NCBI GenBank assembly: GCA_963666285.1
Contig: OY762711.1
Reading direction: 5' to 3' (one strand)
DNA from: Sedimentisphaerales bacterium
GTDB taxonomy: Bacteria > Planctomycetota > Phycisphaerae > Sedimentisphaerales > SM23-30
Length of the DNA: 64,000 nt
Under the pieces are notes generated by a model, which saw nothing but the letters and a program-made list of their open reading frames with translations, was not told the DNA's origin and made no database searches. This document shows, piece by piece, positions 60,205 to 64,000 of this stretch. The translations under genes and the position numbers were made by a program. The stretch's first letter is position 1. Every line of letters starts with the position of its first letter.

Positions 60205-60825
60205 TTTTTCCTCAAATCACTTGATAATTTAATCATACTTAAAATACTAAAAAATATTTACTTTACGTTAATATCTTCGACTTTATTGCTTCATGGCTTT
60301 ATTTTCTGGCAAATCTCTGTAAAAAAACATGCAATTTTATTAAAAAACTATGCTTTTATGTTAAATATATGCAGGCCAGTATATTATATGCCAACTGTTA
60401 TGCTACTTTATAAGGGATTCTAGCATCTATTTATATAAAGATATTTGAGTAATAATAAGCTATTTTGTCAAAAGCGCCATATTTTCTTCGTCCTATAATA
60501 AAATAGATAAGACTGCTAAAAATATATTTTTTTATCTTTTTATTTCTTGACATGATATTAGCAAAAAAGTAATATAGAATTTGTCTTTTGAAAGCAATTT
60601 TTGATTTTCGTAAATTGAAGATGGGAGTTTGAGAGTTAGTTCTAAAGCTTGTCGGTTTACTGTTTCAAACGTACCTGATCATCAATATTACTCACAAATT
60701 GTTCTTTTACAAGTTACCCTTTCAGGGAATTTTTTCAGCTAAAATGCTGTTGTAGGATATTTTAATTTTAACAATAGGTGCTTTAGGCACATTTAATAAG
60801 CTATCTACTTTCTACTCTCTCTATG

Positions 60826-60878
60826 AGCTCTTTATTTGACTGAGTGCAACGCTCAGTCAAATTGAGAGCTATTTTTTT
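60826..60878 (+). terminator. Intrinsic terminator
   Basis: AGCTCT..TTTGACTGAG-TGCAACG-CTCAGTCAAA..AGAGCT followed by a T run. Confidence 0.65.
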
Positions 60879-61003
60879 AATACATGTGCAATAAACAGGT
60901 TACAACCATTCTTGCAATATATTGAATATATACATAGTAGAAATACCTATAGCTTCGGAAGATGGTTCAGAAATGAACAATGGTAATTACTTACCACATA
61001 ATT

Positions 61004-62731
61004 TTAATCAGTTACCAACCAATAACTTATAATCAATTCAAAGTCAGCAAGATCGATTGTGCCGCTGCAATCTAGATCTGAGAGCTGACAATTAATATTT
61101 TGATTACAATCAAGTAGATAATCCTCAGCCAATATGCTCATATCACCTATATTAACATTATTATCACGGTTAATATCGGCTGGCCTACAGGAACCATGAA
61201 GTGCCATATTTACCGCCCAGAAAGCATTTGGCATACCATAACCAAAATAGTCATCCCTGCCGGGAACTCCCAGGTCAACTGACGAGTTAATCATAATCAT
61301 CTCAACTTCATCTGCTGTTAAAGAACTATCAACAGACAAGATTAAAGCAGCTACTGAAGCTGCATACGGAGCTGAAAGGCTAGTGCCTTCAGCTATCGCA
61401 TACTCTGGTGCTTCTGCTATCTGGCCGCTGCCGTAACCAAACGAACCTGGAATGTCTGTTGTATATATAGCCTTGGCTGGTGCTGCAAAAGCAATTTCAG
61501 TGCCGTAGTTTCCCCATGAATACCTGGTTCCATTGCTGTTTACACCTGCGACAGCATTCACTGATGGCAATATAGCCGGATAAGCAATATTCGATGAATT
61601 ACTATTACCGGAGCTGGCAAAATGGACAATCCCAGCCTCTCTGGAACCGGCATAAGCCATATCAAGGGCCGAACTGTATAAACCATAAGAATTACTGTTT
61701 ACTGTAACTCTGGCACCAATATCTACTGCCCACTCCAATGCATTAATCGTCCAGGATTCAAGCCCAAACCAGTTCTCACCAATTGAATCAACATCTACAC
61801 CATGCATAGCCCTGGCTGAAGCAATGCTGCATCCGGGAGCTCCTCCAACCGTTCCGATACCGTTGATTTTAGCTGCTGCACACCCCGCAACCAAAGTTCC
61901 ATGGTAATCCAGATCGGGATTTGCCGGACCACCATCATACGATTTATAAGCGGGATTTTTAACGAAATCTTTTGCATATGAAACATTTAGATCCGGATGA
62001 TCCAAGGCTACACCTGTATCTATTACTACAATAATAATATCACTGTTCCCAATTGTAATATCCCATGCAAGAGGCATATCCATATCGATATCAGCAATCC
62101 CAGACTGCCCCCCTACAGACTGGCCAATATTGTGCAACCCCCAGCATTTATCAAAATAATTATCTGTAGGCATTAATTCTGACTTGCCGGAAAATATAAA
62201 ATCTGGCTCACAAAATACTACCTCTTCAAGCATTGCCAGGGTATTGGTCAACTCAAGAACAGCATCACTATTTGGAAGTGAGGTTTTACATAAATACATG
62301 TTTTTTACTGTCTTATAATCAGATTTAATAACCAGAAGGTTAGCTTCTTTCAATATCTTAGCCTGTTGGGTAAATGTCGTATCCTCCTCAAAACAGACCA
62401 AAACCTCCTGTGATACAATCAATTCATGACCATTTGAAATTCTATAAACTTTCGAATAATAACCTTCTCGTAGATTATTAATCGCAGCACTAGATAATGA
62501 CTTGCAGTCAATAACACCCCATCCTAAACCTAAGCACTTACAATTACCTGACTTATAATTCAAAACTTGTGATGTATTACATGCTAATAAGCCGCTTTCT
62601 GAACTGATCGAAACCTTTTCCTTAAAATAACTATAGTAATTGACCTCCCCTTTAGAACAAATGGGGATCATCAAAAGCAAAAGCAAAATATTTGCCCTAA
62701 AATTCAACTTATCTCCTATGGAACTTCTCAC
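61004..62731 (-). CDS. S8 subtilisin-like serine protease with C-terminal dockerin-like domain
   Basis: VIDTG (Asp), HGTLVAG (His), SSGN, GTSLSAP (Ser); ADINRDNNVNIGD and SDLDCSGTIDLADF. Confidence 0.92.
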   Translation of the reverse strand: MRSSIGDKLNFRANILLLLLMIPICSKGEVNYYSYFKEKVSISSESGLLACNTSQVLNYKSGNCKCLGLGWGVIDCKSLSSAAINNLREGYYSKVYRISNGHELIVSQEVLVCFEEDTTFTQQAKILKEANLLVIKSDYKTVKNMYLCKTSLPNSDAVLELTNTLAMLEEVVFCEPDFIFSGKSELMPTDNYFDKCWGLHNIGQSVGGQSGIADIDMDMPLAWDITIGNSDIIIVVIDTGVALDHPDLNVSYAKDFVKNPAYKSYDGGPANPDLDYHGTLVAGCAAAKINGIGTVGGAPGCSIASARAMHGVDVDSIGENWFGLESWTINALEWAVDIGARVTVNSNSYGLYSSALDMAYAGSREAGIVHFASSGNSNSSNIAYPAILPSVNAVAGVNSNGTRYSWGNYGTEIAFAAPAKAIYTTDIPGSFGYGSGQIAEAPEYAIAEGTSLSAPYAASVAALILSVDSSLTADEVEMIMINSSVDLGVPGRDDYFGYGMPNAFWAVNMALHGSCRPADINRDNNVNIGDMSILAEDYLLDCNQNINCQLSDLDCSGTIDLADFELIISYWLVTD

Positions 62732-62861
62732 TATATAAATAATTCACGAAGCAATAATAGAATACTGCTAAACATATTAATAATAGCAAAATCAAACATG
62801 AAAAAGAAAGAAAACTTAACCAAATCGCAATTTTTAAGCCAATAATCGAGATAAGACACTA

Positions 62862-64000
62862 TCAACTAGTGTATTCTCGCAAATCTGAACTTAATATTCG
62901 GTAAAGCTCCTCTATATTATCACTTCTGGTCTCAGTGAAAAAATATCCGAATAGTGGAAATTTAGTCCAATTTGTCCTTCTTAATTCCAAAGGATTTTCA
63001 AACTGACTCAGAACTGCGGCATAATCAAAAGCAGATATGTATTTACCCTCAATGCCGGTAGAATTATCTAAAACCACCAAAGCATACAGCATGTTTTCTT
63101 TACCTGCCCAATATTTATTCCAGTCAGGCACTTCCTGGTTTAAGTAAGATAAATATTGATTCACACCATATGAATACCAGGATATATCAGCAGTTGTACA
63201 CCAGCCGCCAAAACGCAAGGGATTAACCTCTATTGGCACTATTGCACCAGATTCATTTACTCTTACTTCGACATGTAGAGGAAAATGCTTAACATTAAGG
63301 AACTTGTTTATTTGCGATAAAAAATTGGTAAATCTTGAAAGATTTTCTTCAATAACAGATTTTGAAGTAAAATATATTCGATCACTAACATCATCCGGTC
63401 CGGCAAACAAATGCTCGAGAATATTCAGAACTACAGGTTCACCATCGATGTCATAATATGCATCGAACGCAAACTCTCTACCATTTATTACCTCTTCAAT
63501 AATGAAAGTTTCTACATTTAAAACTGCATTTGGATATAAATTTTCAATAATATGAATCTGATCAGAAATTTTCTTTTTAACAGCTTGCCAATTCTCCGGA
63601 TTTTCTACCATATGTACCCCAAGGCTGAAAAATCCAACTGTCGGCTTTATTACAAATGGGTAACATAGACCATCTGGTTTTATATCATCGATCTCATTTA
63701 GTAAAACTTCACGAAAATAATAATCCGGGTACAAAGGCCTGATCAATTCACGAAACTTAGCTTTATTTTTAGTTACATTAACAAATTCGGCCAGCTTCGT
63801 ATCAGGTAAATTTTCAGAAATCCATCCTATTGAGTTTTCAGATGCGGTATATACAATAGGATATTGCTGAGATTCTAATTGCTCGATTGCCTGCTGTTCT
63901 GGAAGAATATTCCAGTCGGCACCCGCCCCAACAGCAGCTAAGCCGGAATTATTAACAACCGGCAAAGAAAAATCCGAAATCGTCTTTCGCAAATAATCCG
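62862..64000 (-). CDS. ATP-grasp domain protein (5' end outside window)
   Basis: KNKAKFR, VIKPTVGFFSLGV, IIEEVINGRE, HVEVR and IEVNPLRFGG; frame open to the window edge. Confidence 0.85.
   Translation of the reverse strand, partial: DYLRKTISDFSLPVVNNSGLAAVGAGADWNILPEQQAIEQLESQQYPIVYTASENSIGWISENLPDTKLAEFVNVTKNKAKFRELIRPLYPDYYFREVLLNEIDDIKPDGLCYPFVIKPTVGFFSLGVHMVENPENWQAVKKKISDQIHIIENLYPNAVLNVETFIIEEVINGREFAFDAYYDIDGEPVVLNILEHLFAGPDDVSDRIYFTSKSVIEENLSRFTNFLSQINKFLNVKHFPLHVEVRVNESGAIVPIEVNPLRFGGWCTTADISWYSYGVNQYLSYLNQEVPDWNKYWAGKENMLYALVVLDNSTGIEGKYISAFDYAAVLSQFENPLELRRTNWTKFPLFGYFFTETRSDNIEELYRILSSDLREYTS

Overview
Bacterial chromosomal window, probably a Planctomycetota (Phycisphaerae-like) genome. 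This taxonomy is inferred from dockerin-like C-termini, multiple DUF1080 proteins, mcsA/mcsB and short-period intergenic repeats. Most of the window is housekeeping and carbohydrate genes (waaA, ahcY, serS, kdsC, lptF/G, queE, pyrH, frr, rpiB, ruvC, rpsB, tsf, truA, trmB, pdxB, mcsAB, queD, GH2, sialate esterase). Two regions stand out. (1) An accessory island at about 25.6-30.7 kb contains an orphan Rhs toxin/immunity module, a field of REP-like repeats and an intact 1.5-kb IS110-family (IS1111-type) element. Its TG core, subterminal inverted repeats, empty target site and a downstream bridge RNA with target and donor guide loops can all be read from the sequence. (2) A cluster at about 1.4-9.5 kb holds peptide-ligase genes (RimB-like protease, RimK-TrkA_C, ASPA-like deacylase, methyltransferase/ATP-grasp fusion). 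A sigma54 activator with a shared CGGAA-N6-TTCCG enhancer appears to drive both the methyltransferase-ligase and a histone-H1-like repeat protein. Several candidate sRNAs and three single-base frameshifts are also noted. No rRNA, tRNA or CRISPR array was seen. All calls are from reading the sequence; no database searches were run.
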